IMG/VR virus record: IMGVR_UViG_3300033182_000581
Location: 1 to 64,000 of that record
Strand: one strand, 5' to 3'
DNA from: a virus
Length of the DNA: 64,000 bases
Shown here: positions 9,512 through 19,549 of the stretch, in pieces
How the letters are laid out: each line of letters begins with the position of its first letter
Numbering within the stretch: the first letter of the stretch is position 1
Translations under genes and position numbers: made by a program
The notes under the pieces: model-generated
What the model was told of the DNA's origin: nothing
What the model saw: the letters and a program-made list of their open reading frames with translations, nothing else
Database searches by the model: none

Positions 9512-10807
9512 ATGGCATATAATTCAAATAACAGGTCGGAAAGATTACTACAAAATAGAAGGTTCACAACCGATAATCTTACTTTAAGTCAAGAAGCATT
9601 TACTGATGTATTCGATTTAGGTGCAGGTGAAATTTATACTGATGATGGTCTCATTCCGACCGGGTCATCTCAGTTGCCATATAGTGGTTCATCCCAAAAC
9701 CTTTTAATTGTATCAGCAAGTGTTGTAAACCCTTCAATTGGAACGGATTTACCTATTCTAAAATATTGGTATAGAAAAAAACTAAAACCTGCGGGTGATG
9801 GTAATAGAGAAGTTTATTACTTTACAACTTCAGACCCTGCGGCAGTTGATGATACGGTAACATCTGACCAATTGATTGAAACTGACCAACAAACAAACTT
9901 TGTATCACCAAAATATATTATCGCAGCAAATAGTGTAAATAATACTGAGAGTTCAACTCCTGGTTATAAAGCAGTAGTTTATAAAGATACTGCATCATCT
10001 GCCGGAAGTATAACAAATGCTGCAGCAGACCCATCAACTTACACATTTGATTTTAAAACAGGTGTTTTGAGTTGGAATGATGGTTCGGCACCAGCATCTA
10101 ATGAATATGTTTACATTACGGTGTATCAATATGTTGGTAGAACACTTCGTTCTCAAATTGATGATGGTTCAATTGGTGGTGGCGGTGGTTCTACTGATAT
10201 TTCAGCCCTAAATACATTTACGGGTTCAATTCAAACTGAGGTAGATACTTTAACTGCAGCAACTTCATCGTATTTAACATCTGTACCCGCAGGTACTGTA
10301 AGTGGTTCATCACAAGTAGTTGATTTACTACCATCTGGTGTAATTAGTGGTTCATCTCAGATTACAATTACTGAATCTCAGATTTCAGATTTAGGCCACT
10401 TCACTATTTCAGATTTACCTTCAGGTACTGTAAGTTCATCAGCACAGATTACAATTACTGAATCACAAATTAGTGATTTAACTCATTACACAGATTCTGA
10501 TGTAAAAACAAAACTAAATACTGAAAATGTAATTAGTTCATCGGCACAAATAGTGAGTTCACTACCAGGTGGTCTTGTAAGTGGTTCGGCACAAATAATT
10601 TCTAACTTAGAAGGACAGAGTTTATCAGTTGCAACATTAACCGCTGAGACTTACATTGTAAGTTCATCAGTTACTCATATGACTACATCATTTAGTAGTG
10701 GTTCTACTATATTTGGTGATGATATTAATGATACACACCAGTTTACTGGTTCAATGTTTGTATCTGGTTCTATTTCATTTAGTGAAATCGATGGCGGTAC
10801 ATTCTAA
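9512..10807 (+). CDS. virion structural/fibre protein with SSSAQI repeats
   Basis: Shares ITITESQISDL and LNTF.GSIQ repeats with 5607..6791; C-terminal IDGGTF. Confidence 0.65.
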   Translation: MAYNSNNRSERLLQNRRFTTDNLTLSQEAFTDVFDLGAGEIYTDDGLIPTGSSQLPYSGSSQNLLIVSASVVNPSIGTDLPILKYWYRKKLKPAGDGNREVYYFTTSDPAAVDDTVTSDQLIETDQQTNFVSPKYIIAANSVNNTESSTPGYKAVVYKDTASSAGSITNAAADPSTYTFDFKTGVLSWNDGSAPASNEYVYITVYQYVGRTLRSQIDDGSIGGGGGSTDISALNTFTGSIQTEVDTLTAATSSYLTSVPAGTVSGSSQVVDLLPSGVISGSSQITITESQISDLGHFTISDLPSGTVSSSAQITITESQISDLTHYTDSDVKTKLNTENVISSSAQIVSSLPGGLVSGSAQIISNLEGQSLSVATLTAETYIVSSSVTHMTTSFSSGSTIFGDDINDTHQFTGSMFVSGSISFSEIDGGTF

Positions 10808-10821
10808 GATAGGGGATAGGC

Positions 10822-11214
10822 GTGGCCGAAAACAGAATAAAATTAAAAAGGAGCTCAACCGCTGCAAGAGTACCCAATGTTAGTGATTTAACATTAGGTG
10901 AGTTGGCGGTAAATACTTATGATGGTAAGTTATTCTTTAAAAAGGATAATGGAACTGATTCTATTGAATCAATCGTTACCACCAATGCTCAAATTACAGG
11001 TTCTGTTGAATTAACTGGGGCATTAACCTCATCTCTTTCTTTGATTGAAAACAATACACCATCAACTGATATGTTTTTGGTAAAAATCAATGGAAATGAT
11101 AAAGTAAAAGTAAATTCAGAAGGAACTTTTGTAATAAAAGAATCCCTAACACTACCAACTGGAGAAAAAGGTGCAATAGCCGTTAGTGGAAGTGGATTTT
11201 TTATATATTTATAA
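10822..11214 (+). CDS. small fibre-associated protein (Mtd/hyaluronidase N-terminal-like domain)
   Basis: IKLKRS...P...L..GELAVNTYDGKLFFK motif typical of fibre N-terminal domains. Confidence 0.6.
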   Translation: MAENRIKLKRSSTAARVPNVSDLTLGELAVNTYDGKLFFKKDNGTDSIESIVTTNAQITGSVELTGALTSSLSLIENNTPSTDMFLVKINGNDKVKVNSEGTFVIKESLTLPTGEKGAIAVSGSGFFIYL

Positions 11215-11278
11215 GAAAGTATAAAACAAACATATTTATTTAACACAAACATAAAGCTTAAAAAAAGAGGAAACAAAA

Positions 11279-12700
11279 ATGGCAGAATGGAAAAAAGTAA
11301 TTGTTTCGGGTTCATCACCTGAATTCGCGGCAATAACAGTAGACGGGACGGTAACCGCTAACGCATTTAGTGGTGATGGTTCAGGCCTTACAGGCGTAGC
11401 TGCAGGAAGTATCGATATCGATAACTTTAGTGCAGGAACAGTATTAGACCAAGCAGATGTATTCTTATATTCTGATGGTGGTACTGAAAAGAAAATTACA
11501 TTTAGTAATATCGAAGATGAAATCTTTGGTAACGTAAGTGGTGATGCCACTATCGCAGCAGGTGGTGCATTAACAATCGCAGCAGGTGCTGTTGAAAATT
11601 CAATGTTAGCAGGTTCAATCACTAATGCTAAATTATCAAACTCCGCAATCACAATTGCTGGAAACTCAACTTCATTGGGTGGCTCAATTACACAGGCAGC
11701 TATCTTAGATGGTTCAACTGTAATTTCATCTTCAATGAGTGTTACTAAATTAAGTGATGTAAGTTCAGCTGGTTCTGGTCAAATCATTACATCTGGAGAA
11801 AGAACTAAATTAAGTGGTATCGAAACAGGCGCAGATGTAACCGATGCAACTAACGTACAAGCCGCTGGTGCATTGATGGATTCAGAAGTAACTAACCTTG
11901 CACAAGTTAAAGCGTTTGATTCATCAGATTATGCTACTGCGGGTCAGGGGTCTAAAGCAGATTCTGCTCAACAACCACCATCAGAAGGTGCATTCGTAGA
12001 TGGAGATAAAACCAAATTAGATGGAATTGAATCTGGAGCAGATGTAACTGATACAGCAAATGTAACTGCAGCTGGTGCATTGATGGATACAGAAGTTGAT
12101 GCAGATATCAAAACTTTATCACTTCCAGCAAATACAACAATATCTTCATTCGGTAAAACACTTGTAGATGATGCCAATGCCGCAGCAGCAAGAACAACTT
12201 TAGGATTAGGTTCAATTGCAACTTTATCATCAATTGATATTAGTTCAAATACTAACTTAACTGCTGGTACTGGTGTAACTCTTACTGGAGATACCCTTTC
12301 AATCGGACAGGATGTGGCAACGAATGCAAACGTAACGTTTGCAAACATTACTGCAACTGGTGATTTGACTGTACAAGGTACTTTAACTTCACTTCAAACT
12401 ACAAACTTAAACGTAGAGGACCAATTAATTCTATTAGGTTCTGGTTCGGCTGATGCTAGAGATTTAGGTTTAGTCTTTGGTGGTTCAAACGGTACTGCCG
12501 GTCGCGGAGATGCATTCTTCTACGATATGGATACTGATAGACCCGCTTGGAGTAGTGGTGACGTATCATGGGACGATACTGAGGTCACACCTACTGCATT
12601 TATTCCAAGAGTATATGATGTAGATGGTTCATCTCATATTCCTGTTGCAGAAGTTGGTTCAATTCAAGTTTCAGGTGGAGAAGTATTTATCTACGGATAA
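11279..12700 (+). CDS. tail fibre protein
   Basis: KL.GIE.GADVTD..NV.AAGALMD repeats; N-terminus WKKVIVSGS shared with the 13059 fibre. Confidence 0.7.
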   Translation: MAEWKKVIVSGSSPEFAAITVDGTVTANAFSGDGSGLTGVAAGSIDIDNFSAGTVLDQADVFLYSDGGTEKKITFSNIEDEIFGNVSGDATIAAGGALTIAAGAVENSMLAGSITNAKLSNSAITIAGNSTSLGGSITQAAILDGSTVISSSMSVTKLSDVSSAGSGQIITSGERTKLSGIETGADVTDATNVQAAGALMDSEVTNLAQVKAFDSSDYATAGQGSKADSAQQPPSEGAFVDGDKTKLDGIESGADVTDTANVTAAGALMDTEVDADIKTLSLPANTTISSFGKTLVDDANAAAARTTLGLGSIATLSSIDISSNTNLTAGTGVTLTGDTLSIGQDVATNANVTFANITATGDLTVQGTLTSLQTTNLNVEDQLILLGSGSADARDLGLVFGGSNGTAGRGDAFFYDMDTDRPAWSSGDVSWDDTEVTPTAFIPRVYDVDGSSHIPVAEVGSIQVSGGEVFIYG

Positions 12701-12737
12701 TAATTATTGACTAATGAAATGGTTAAAAAGGTTATAT

Positions 12738-12926
12738 ATGGCAATAATTACTAAAAAGGAAGATACTGAAAAGGTAAGAAATAAAAAATTTGATAATTTG
12801 GACTTGAACAAAGATGAGTTAGAGTTCCTCTTAAATGTAATAGCCAACTCAACTTTTGAAGGAAAGGATGTTCAATTGGTTTATGAAACCGCAGTAAAAA
12901 TTCAAAAACAAATTTTAGAATTGTAA
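12738..12926 (+). CDS. small hypothetical protein (possible fibre chaperone)
   Basis: Short ORF between fibre gene and terminator. ATG 12738 follows AAGG; the alternative start is 12714. Confidence 0.55.
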   Translation: MAIITKKEDTEKVRNKKFDNLDLNKDELEFLLNVIANSTFEGKDVQLVYETAVKIQKQILEL

Positions 12927-12929
12927 TAG

Positions 12930-12955
12930 AAACCCCCCATTTTGGGGGGTTTTTT
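12930..12955 (+). terminator. intrinsic terminator
   Basis: AAACCCCCCA-TTT-TGGGGGGTTT hairpin followed by a T run. Confidence 0.85.
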
Positions 12956-13000
12956 GTTTTAAAATATATTATTCCATATTTATATCAAATGACCCTTAAT

Positions 13001-13038
13001 GTTGGCCCGAAAGGGAAGTGGGCTTTTTAGTAACCAAC
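13001..13038 (+). promoter_or_regulatory. candidate structured RNA leader of the long tail-fibre gene
   Basis: GC-rich island: GTTGG...CCAAC outer stem enclosing a CCC-GAAA-GGG hairpin. Lies downstream of TATTTATA (12977-12984). Confidence 0.45.
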
Positions 13039-13058
13039 CGCAATAAAGGAAAAAGGAT

Positions 13059-16000
13059 ATGCCAAATTGGAAAAAAGTAATTGTATCAGGTAGTGATGCA
13101 TCGTTAAACACATTAAGTGTAAGAAATGGGGCCCATATTACTGGGTCTTTAAATGTTTATAAATCAGGTTCATCTGTATTTAGTATTGATGGTTCTCAAG
13201 GTAGATTATTTGAGATAACTGACCAGCTATCTGGTTCGTTATTTGCGGTAAGTGATATTTCGGGTGTACCATCGTTCGAAGTATTTTCAGATGATACTGT
13301 AAAAATTGGGTCATTTAATTCAGAAGCAATTATTGTAGAAGGTAGTAGTGCTAGAGTAACAGGTTCATTTAGCGGTTCTGCTGAATTCGATACATTAAAG
13401 TTAAAATCATTATCTAACCAAAGTTCAGAAGCAACAGCAGTTGTAATCAATGGTTCAAATGTAGTTGGAACAAGAGAATTAGGTTCAAACGCATTTACCT
13501 CAACTACAATCCCAACTAATAACAACCAATTAACAAATGGTGCTGGATATATTACTTCCTATACAGATACAAACTATTATTTAGACGGTATTACTAAATC
13601 AGGTAATACTTTAACATTTAGTGTTAATGGTACTACTAATCCCACTTATACTTTTGGTTCAAACGCATTTACCTCAACTACAATTCCAACTAACAACAAC
13701 CAATTAACCAATGGTGCGGGTTACATCACAGGATTAAATTGGAGTGAAATTGGTGGTACACAAGATAGCATTAATGTTAGTGGGTTCAACAATGACGCGG
13801 GATACACCAGTAATGTTGGTGATATTACAGGCGTAACTGCCGGAACTGGATTAAGTGGTGGTGGTACTTCAGGTACAGTAACAATCACAAACTCAGATAG
13901 AGGGTCATCTCAAAACATATTTAAAAATGTAGCAGTATCGGGTCAAACATCTATTGTTGCCGATTCAAACAACGATACACTTACATTTGCAGCAGGTGCT
14001 GGAATTGGTCTTACAACCAACGCAACTACTGATACGATTACAATTACCAACTCAATCACTAACAACAACCAATTAACAAATGGAGCAGGTTACATTACTG
14101 ATGGTAATACCAATTGGAACAACTCATATGGATTCATTACGGGTGTTGATTGGGGTGAAATTGGTGGAACACAATCTGATATTAACATTAGTGGGTTCAC
14201 TAATGATAGTGGATTTACATCAAATACAGGTACTGTAACATCGGTAGCAAGTGGAACTGGATTGACAGGTGGTACAATCACAACATCAGGTACTCTTAGT
14301 TTAGCAACCGCAGGAGTGGGTGCTGGTACTTATGGTTCAACTGCAAACGGAACAAAAATCGATACAATTACAGTCGATGCATATGGTAGAATCACCGCAG
14401 TAGCGACTGGTGCTACTGGAACATCTACAACTTCAGGTACTGTAACATCGGTAGCAACAGGTACAGGTCTTACAGGTGGTACGATTACATCAACAGGTAC
14501 AATCTCACTTTCACATTTAGGTTTCCAAAACTTAACTGACCCCAATGATGATAGAATTGCATTCTGGGATGATTCAGCTGGAGCATTTGGATGGTTAGAT
14601 ATTGGTAGTGGATTATCCATTAGTGGAACTACCCTATCAAACACCATTACAAATAATAATCAGCTAACAAATGGAGCAGGTTACATTACTGATGGTAATA
14701 CCAATTGGAACAACTCATATGGATTCATTACGGGTGTTGATTGGAGTGAAATTGGTGGAACACAATCTGATATTAACATTAGTGGATTTACCAATGATGC
14801 AGGATACACTACTAATGTAGGTGATATCACAGGTGTAACCGCAGGAGATGGTTTAACAGGTGGTGGTTCATCGGGTGGAGTAACTCTAAACATTGGTGCT
14901 GGTACTGGTGTAACTGTCAATGCTAATGATATCGCAATTGGACAGGCGGTTGGTACATCGGATGATGTAGAATTTAATAATTTAACTCTTTCTGGTGATT
15001 TGACCGTAAATGGTGCAACCACCACAATTAGTACAACAAACACAGCAATTCAAGATAACTTAATCGAACTTAATAGTGGGGCTACATCAAACTCAAATGA
15101 TAGTGGTATCATTATTGAACGAGGTAGTACTGGTAATAACGCATTATTCATTTGGGATGAGTCAGCAGATAGATTTGCAGTAGGTACAACAACCGCAACC
15201 GCAGATTCGACTGGAAATATTACATTCTCAACTGCTAACTTACAAGCAAACACATTTGTAGGTGCATTGAGTGGAAACGCAACAACTGCAACCTCTGCTG
15301 GAAAATGGTCAACCTCAAGAACACTCACTTTGGGTGGAGATTTAAGTGGTAATGTTACATTTGATGGAAGTGCTAACTTTACACTAACCGCAGCAGTAGC
15401 AAACGATTCACATACTCACGATGGTAGATACTACACCGAATCGGAAGTAGATACTTTACTCGCCGCAAAAGATAATTACGGAAGTTGGACAGTTTCGGAT
15501 GGAACAAACACAACTGATATAAGTTCAGGCGGAACTTTAACTTTTAGTGCAGGTTCTAATGTGGATATTTCAGAGAGTGCGGGTACTGTAACAATCGACT
15601 CTACAAACACAACATATTCGGCTGGAAATGGTATTGGATTAAGTGGAACAACATTCTCAGTTGCAGCGGGTACAGGCCTTTCACAAGATGCAAGTGGTTT
15701 AAGTTTAGCAACCGCTGGTGCTGGTGCAGGAACATATGGTTCAACCGCAAATGGTACTAAGATTGATACAATTACAATTGATGCTTATGGTAGAGTAACT
15801 GCGGTAGCCACAGGAGCGACAGGTACTTCATCAACTTCAGGTACTGTAACTTCCGTTGCTACTGGAACTGGATTGACAGGTGGTACGATTACCTCAACAG
15901 GTACAATCTCACTTTCACATTTAGGTTTGGAATCCCTAACCGACCCTGACGATGATAGAATCTTCTTTTGGGATGATTCAGCTGGAGCGGCTAAATGGTT

Positions 16001-18080
16001 AGATATAGGTTCAGGTCTTTCAATTAGTGGAACAACATTAAGTAATTCAATCACCAACAACAACCAATTAACGAATGGTGCTGGATATATTACCGATGGT
16101 AATACCAATTGGAACAACTCATATGGGTTTATCACTGGAGTTGATTGGGGTGAAATTGGTGGAACACAATCAGATGTAAACATTAGTGGGTTCACTAATG
16201 ATAGTGGATTTACATCAAATACAGGTACTGTAACCTCAGTTGCAACTGGAACTGGACTAACGGGCGGAACAATCACATCGACTGGAACAATTTCCCTTTC
16301 ACATTTAGGTTTCCAAAACTTAACTGACCCGAATGATGATAGAATTGCGTTTTGGGATGATTCAGCTGGAGCATTTGGATGGTTAGATGCGGGTTCAAAC
16401 ATTACAATTAGTGGAACAACCATTTCAGCAACCAATACTACATACTCAGCAGGTTCACTTTTAGATTTAAGTGGTACTACATTTAATGTTGATTTATCAG
16501 AACTTACTGATATGACTCAAGCATGGTCAAACTCCACCGATGAATTTGTAGTATTAGATAGTGGTGTACAAAAAAGAAAGTTAAGTTCTGAGATATTTGG
16601 AAGTAATGCATTCAATAGTACAACAATTCCAACTAATAACAACCAATTAACAAATGGTGCGGGTTACATCACAGGATTAAATTGGAGTGAACTTGGCGGT
16701 GCACAATCTGATATTAACATTAGTGGATTTACTAATGATAGTGGATTCACATCAAATACAGGTACTGTAACCTCAGTAGGTGTAACTGCTGGAACAGGTC
16801 TTAGTGGTGGTGGTACAGTTACCACAACGGGAACTATTTCATTAGCAGTTGATTTATCAGAACTAACCGATATGACGGCAGCTATGGTTGGTACTGATGA
16901 ATTTATTGTATTAGATGCTGGTGCTGATAGAAGAAAAGCTGCAAATGAAATTCCGTTAAGTATATTTAGTAATGATAGTGGATTCATAACGAGTGTTGAT
17001 TGGAATGAGATTGGTGGAGCTCCTACTGATATTAATTTAAGTCAATTCACAAATGATTTAGCAGTTAGTGCATTTACCAATGATGTTGGATACACCACTA
17101 ATGTAGGTGATATCACTGGTGTAACTGCCGGAACTGGATTAAGTGGTGGTGGTACATCAGGTGGTGTAACACTTAACTTAGCAAACACAGCAGTAACTGC
17201 GGGTTCATATACAAACGCTGATATTACGGTAGATGCACAAGGTAGAATCACTGCAGCATCTAATGGTTCAGCAGGTGGGACTGGAGATATTACTTCAGTT
17301 AGATTAACTTCAGATAGTGGTTATGCTCAAGTTTTGTCTGGGGCTGCTAATTTCACTATTAATGGTGGTGGAACTGTTTCAACATCCGCAAGTGGTACAA
17401 CATTAACAATTACTGGCCCATCCAACGTAAGTGAATTAACTAATGATAGTGGTTATTATTCATCAGGAGATGCTGGAGATTTCAATTCACTTGCAGTGGG
17501 TAGTTCAGCTGCTATGAATCCAGGTGGTACTGCAACAAACCCAGCCATACACTTTGCAAATTCCAGTCTAACAACAAATAACGGAATATATAGTGCAAAT
17601 AGTAGTACCATTAATATATCTACCGCAGGTACTCAGAGAGCAACCTTTAATGGTAATGGTTTAAAAATTAATAATGGTGCATTGGGTGTAAGTGTTAATG
17701 CATCAACAACTGATGGTAGAATTGATGCTAGTAATGATATTGTAGCATACTCATCATCAGATAGAAGATGGAAAGAAAATATTAAACCAATTGATAACGC
17801 ATTAAATAAAATATTAAAAATTGGTGGATATGAATTCGATTGGAAAGAACTTTCAGAAGAAGAAAGAAAAACACAACATAGTAACGAAGGGCATGATGTT
17901 GGTGTAATAGCACAAGAAATCGAAGAAGTTCTTCCTGAAGTAGTTACTACGAGAGAAAACGGATTCAAAGGTGTTAAGTACGAAAAGATAGTACCATTAT
18001 TGATTGAAGGTATGAAAGAACAACAATCTCAAATTGAAGAACTTAAATCAGAAATCAGTAAACTTAAAGGAGAAGGATAA
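13059..18080 (+). CDS. long tail fibre with internal repeats and C-terminal intramolecular chaperone (peptidase S74)
   Basis: C-terminal SSDRRWKENI...GVIAQEIEEVLPEVV...YEKIVPLLIEGMKEQQ; many TNNNQLTNGAGYIT and GTGLTGG repeats. Confidence 0.88.
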   Translation: MPNWKKVIVSGSDASLNTLSVRNGAHITGSLNVYKSGSSVFSIDGSQGRLFEITDQLSGSLFAVSDISGVPSFEVFSDDTVKIGSFNSEAIIVEGSSARVTGSFSGSAEFDTLKLKSLSNQSSEATAVVINGSNVVGTRELGSNAFTSTTIPTNNNQLTNGAGYITSYTDTNYYLDGITKSGNTLTFSVNGTTNPTYTFGSNAFTSTTIPTNNNQLTNGAGYITGLNWSEIGGTQDSINVSGFNNDAGYTSNVGDITGVTAGTGLSGGGTSGTVTITNSDRGSSQNIFKNVAVSGQTSIVADSNNDTLTFAAGAGIGLTTNATTDTITITNSITNNNQLTNGAGYITDGNTNWNNSYGFITGVDWGEIGGTQSDINISGFTNDSGFTSNTGTVTSVASGTGLTGGTITTSGTLSLATAGVGAGTYGSTANGTKIDTITVDAYGRITAVATGATGTSTTSGTVTSVATGTGLTGGTITSTGTISLSHLGFQNLTDPNDDRIAFWDDSAGAFGWLDIGSGLSISGTTLSNTITNNNQLTNGAGYITDGNTNWNNSYGFITGVDWSEIGGTQSDINISGFTNDAGYTTNVGDITGVTAGDGLTGGGSSGGVTLNIGAGTGVTVNANDIAIGQAVGTSDDVEFNNLTLSGDLTVNGATTTISTTNTAIQDNLIELNSGATSNSNDSGIIIERGSTGNNALFIWDESADRFAVGTTTATADSTGNITFSTANLQANTFVGALSGNATTATSAGKWSTSRTLTLGGDLSGNVTFDGSANFTLTAAVANDSHTHDGRYYTESEVDTLLAAKDNYGSWTVSDGTNTTDISSGGTLTFSAGSNVDISESAGTVTIDSTNTTYSAGNGIGLSGTTFSVAAGTGLSQDASGLSLATAGAGAGTYGSTANGTKIDTITIDAYGRVTAVATGATGTSSTSGTVTSVATGTGLTGGTITSTGTISLSHLGLESLTDPDDDRIFFWDDSAGAAKWLDIGSGLSISGTTLSNSITNNNQLTNGAGYITDGNTNWNNSYGFITGVDWGEIGGTQSDVNISGFTNDSGFTSNTGTVTSVATGTGLTGGTITSTGTISLSHLGFQNLTDPNDDRIAFWDDSAGAFGWLDAGSNITISGTTISATNTTYSAGSLLDLSGTTFNVDLSELTDMTQAWSNSTDEFVVLDSGVQKRKLSSEIFGSNAFNSTTIPTNNNQLTNGAGYITGLNWSELGGAQSDINISGFTNDSGFTSNTGTVTSVGVTAGTGLSGGGTVTTTGTISLAVDLSELTDMTAAMVGTDEFIVLDAGADRRKAANEIPLSIFSNDSGFITSVDWNEIGGAPTDINLSQFTNDLAVSAFTNDVGYTTNVGDITGVTAGTGLSGGGTSGGVTLNLANTAVTAGSYTNADITVDAQGRITAASNGSAGGTGDITSVRLTSDSGYAQVLSGAANFTINGGGTVSTSASGTTLTITGPSNVSELTNDSGYYSSGDAGDFNSLAVGSSAAMNPGGTATNPAIHFANSSLTTNNGIYSANSSTINISTAGTQRATFNGNGLKINNGALGVSVNASTTDGRIDASNDIVAYSSSDRRWKENIKPIDNALNKILKIGGYEFDWKELSEEERKTQHSNEGHDVGVIAQEIEEVLPEVVTTRENGFKGVKYEKIVPLLIEGMKEQQSQIEELKSEISKLKGEG
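14074..14785 (+). repeat. 121-bp direct repeat (14074-14194 and 14665-14785, 1 mismatch) within the fibre gene
   Basis: Direct comparison of the two segments; a more diverged third copy lies near 16070-16190. Confidence 0.85.
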
Positions 18081-18520
18081 TGGCACTAACAGCATCAGGT
18101 CAATTAAGTTTAGGTGATATTGCAACTGAAATGGGTGTATTATTTCTTTCAAATGTATCTCTCACTACCCAATCTACTACAGGTATCAATACAAACTCAT
18201 CATCATATCCAGATGGTTCAACACCTCATGCGGTATCAGAATTTTATTCGTATGACCATTTAGCAATTGGAACTACTTATAATGAATGGACAGGTGATGG
18301 GCCACATCCTGGTTCAGATGAGGCATGTGAAGTTGAAGAACCTGCAACATCATTCTACCACGATGGTAGTGGTGGAGACCCTACGACCGGTGATACCGTT
18401 TATACGGATAGTAGTGGAAATAATACAGCAGATGCAGGATATTACAGAACAGGTTGTTGTTACATTCAAGTAGATGATTCTGGTGTGGTTACTGATGATG
18501 TTGGAGAATGTGGACGTTAA
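18080..18520 (+). CDS. fibre-tip/adhesin-associated small protein
   Basis: N-terminal MALTASGQLSLGDIATEMG typical of proteins following S74 fibres; Cys-containing C-terminus; start overlaps the fibre stop. Confidence 0.55.
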   Translation: MALTASGQLSLGDIATEMGVLFLSNVSLTTQSTTGINTNSSSYPDGSTPHAVSEFYSYDHLAIGTTYNEWTGDGPHPGSDEACEVEEPATSFYHDGSGGDPTTGDTVYTDSSGNNTADAGYYRTGCCYIQVDDSGVVTDDVGECGR

Positions 18521-18538
18521 TAAAAGAAAATAAAGATT

Positions 18539-18793
18539 ATGTTTGAAAATAGAAATTATATGATTTTATCCACTTCTGAGACTGGAAGTGTTGATTTTAA
18601 TGAAGTATTAGAGACATCATCACAAACTTTAAGACTAAGTGTGGATGGTGCAAAGACATTTGTAAAATGGGAAGGTTCAACACCTTCATCTGTAAATTCT
18701 TTAACATCTAAAGAAGGACCTTACAATCACTCTGAGATTTTAAGTATATTATCTACTTCAGAGTGGACTGAGACTTCTGATTCAATGGTATAA
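18539..18793 (+). CDS. hypothetical virion-associated protein
   Basis: 84-aa ORF within the fibre cluster. Confidence 0.6.
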   Translation: MFENRNYMILSTSETGSVDFNEVLETSSQTLRLSVDGAKTFVKWEGSTPSSVNSLTSKEGPYNHSEILSILSTSEWTETSDSMV

Positions 18794-18796
18794 TAA

Positions 18797-19549
18797 ATGG
18801 GATTTAGTAGAGGGCCAAATATTGTTAGAGATGGTTTAGTCTTAGCATTAGACCCTTCAAATGTTGAAAAACATGGAGCTTCACCATATAAAAACTTAGC
18901 AGGTAATGGTTCTATAACAAATAGTAATTTTACAACAACCGAAAATGTTTTTAGGTCTGATTGTGTAAGTAGCGCTACCGGAACAAGCGAATTCACATTC
19001 TCAGGAATAGAAATAAATACGGGAAGTACTACTGTTCAATGGTTTATGAAAGTCACAAGTAACCCAAATGTCGATGGTAATAATAATTGGAGAAGGTTGA
19101 TTGCACAAACTAGTGGTGTGAGAAGTCCCTTTGGGTTTGTACTTGAACAAAGTATGTACATTAATTTTACCTTACAAACTACAACGGGTAATAAAAGATT
19201 TTTAAACAATAGTTTTACACCATATGCTACAAGTCTAAATGTCTGGCAAATGCACACCTTTACATATAACAAATCAACAGGCACTTCCGCCTGTTATAGA
19301 AATAATACACTTCAACGTAGTGGAGCACAAACCGGAAATACTGGTGGGGCAAATGCTACAATTGCAGGTGAGGGTATGGTAAACCTAACCCCATCCACTA
19401 TTATGGGTATTTCAAATTCTAATGGGAGTAGTGGTGGTGATGCATGCTTACCCGCAGATTTGGGATATTGGTTAATATATGATAAAGCATTAACAGCTGA
19501 TGAAGTTACTCATAATTTTAATTTATTAAGAGGTCGGTATGGGATTTAG
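18797..19549 (+). CDS. LamG/concanavalin-A-like lectin domain protein 1
   Basis: GPNIVRDGLVLALD N-terminus, WQMHTFTY core, IYDKALTADEV..NF C-terminus. Confidence 0.78.
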   Translation: MGFSRGPNIVRDGLVLALDPSNVEKHGASPYKNLAGNGSITNSNFTTTENVFRSDCVSSATGTSEFTFSGIEINTGSTTVQWFMKVTSNPNVDGNNNWRRLIAQTSGVRSPFGFVLEQSMYINFTLQTTTGNKRFLNNSFTPYATSLNVWQMHTFTYNKSTGTSACYRNNTLQRSGAQTGNTGGANATIAGEGMVNLTPSTIMGISNSNGSSGGDACLPADLGYWLIYDKALTADEVTHNFNLLRGRYGI

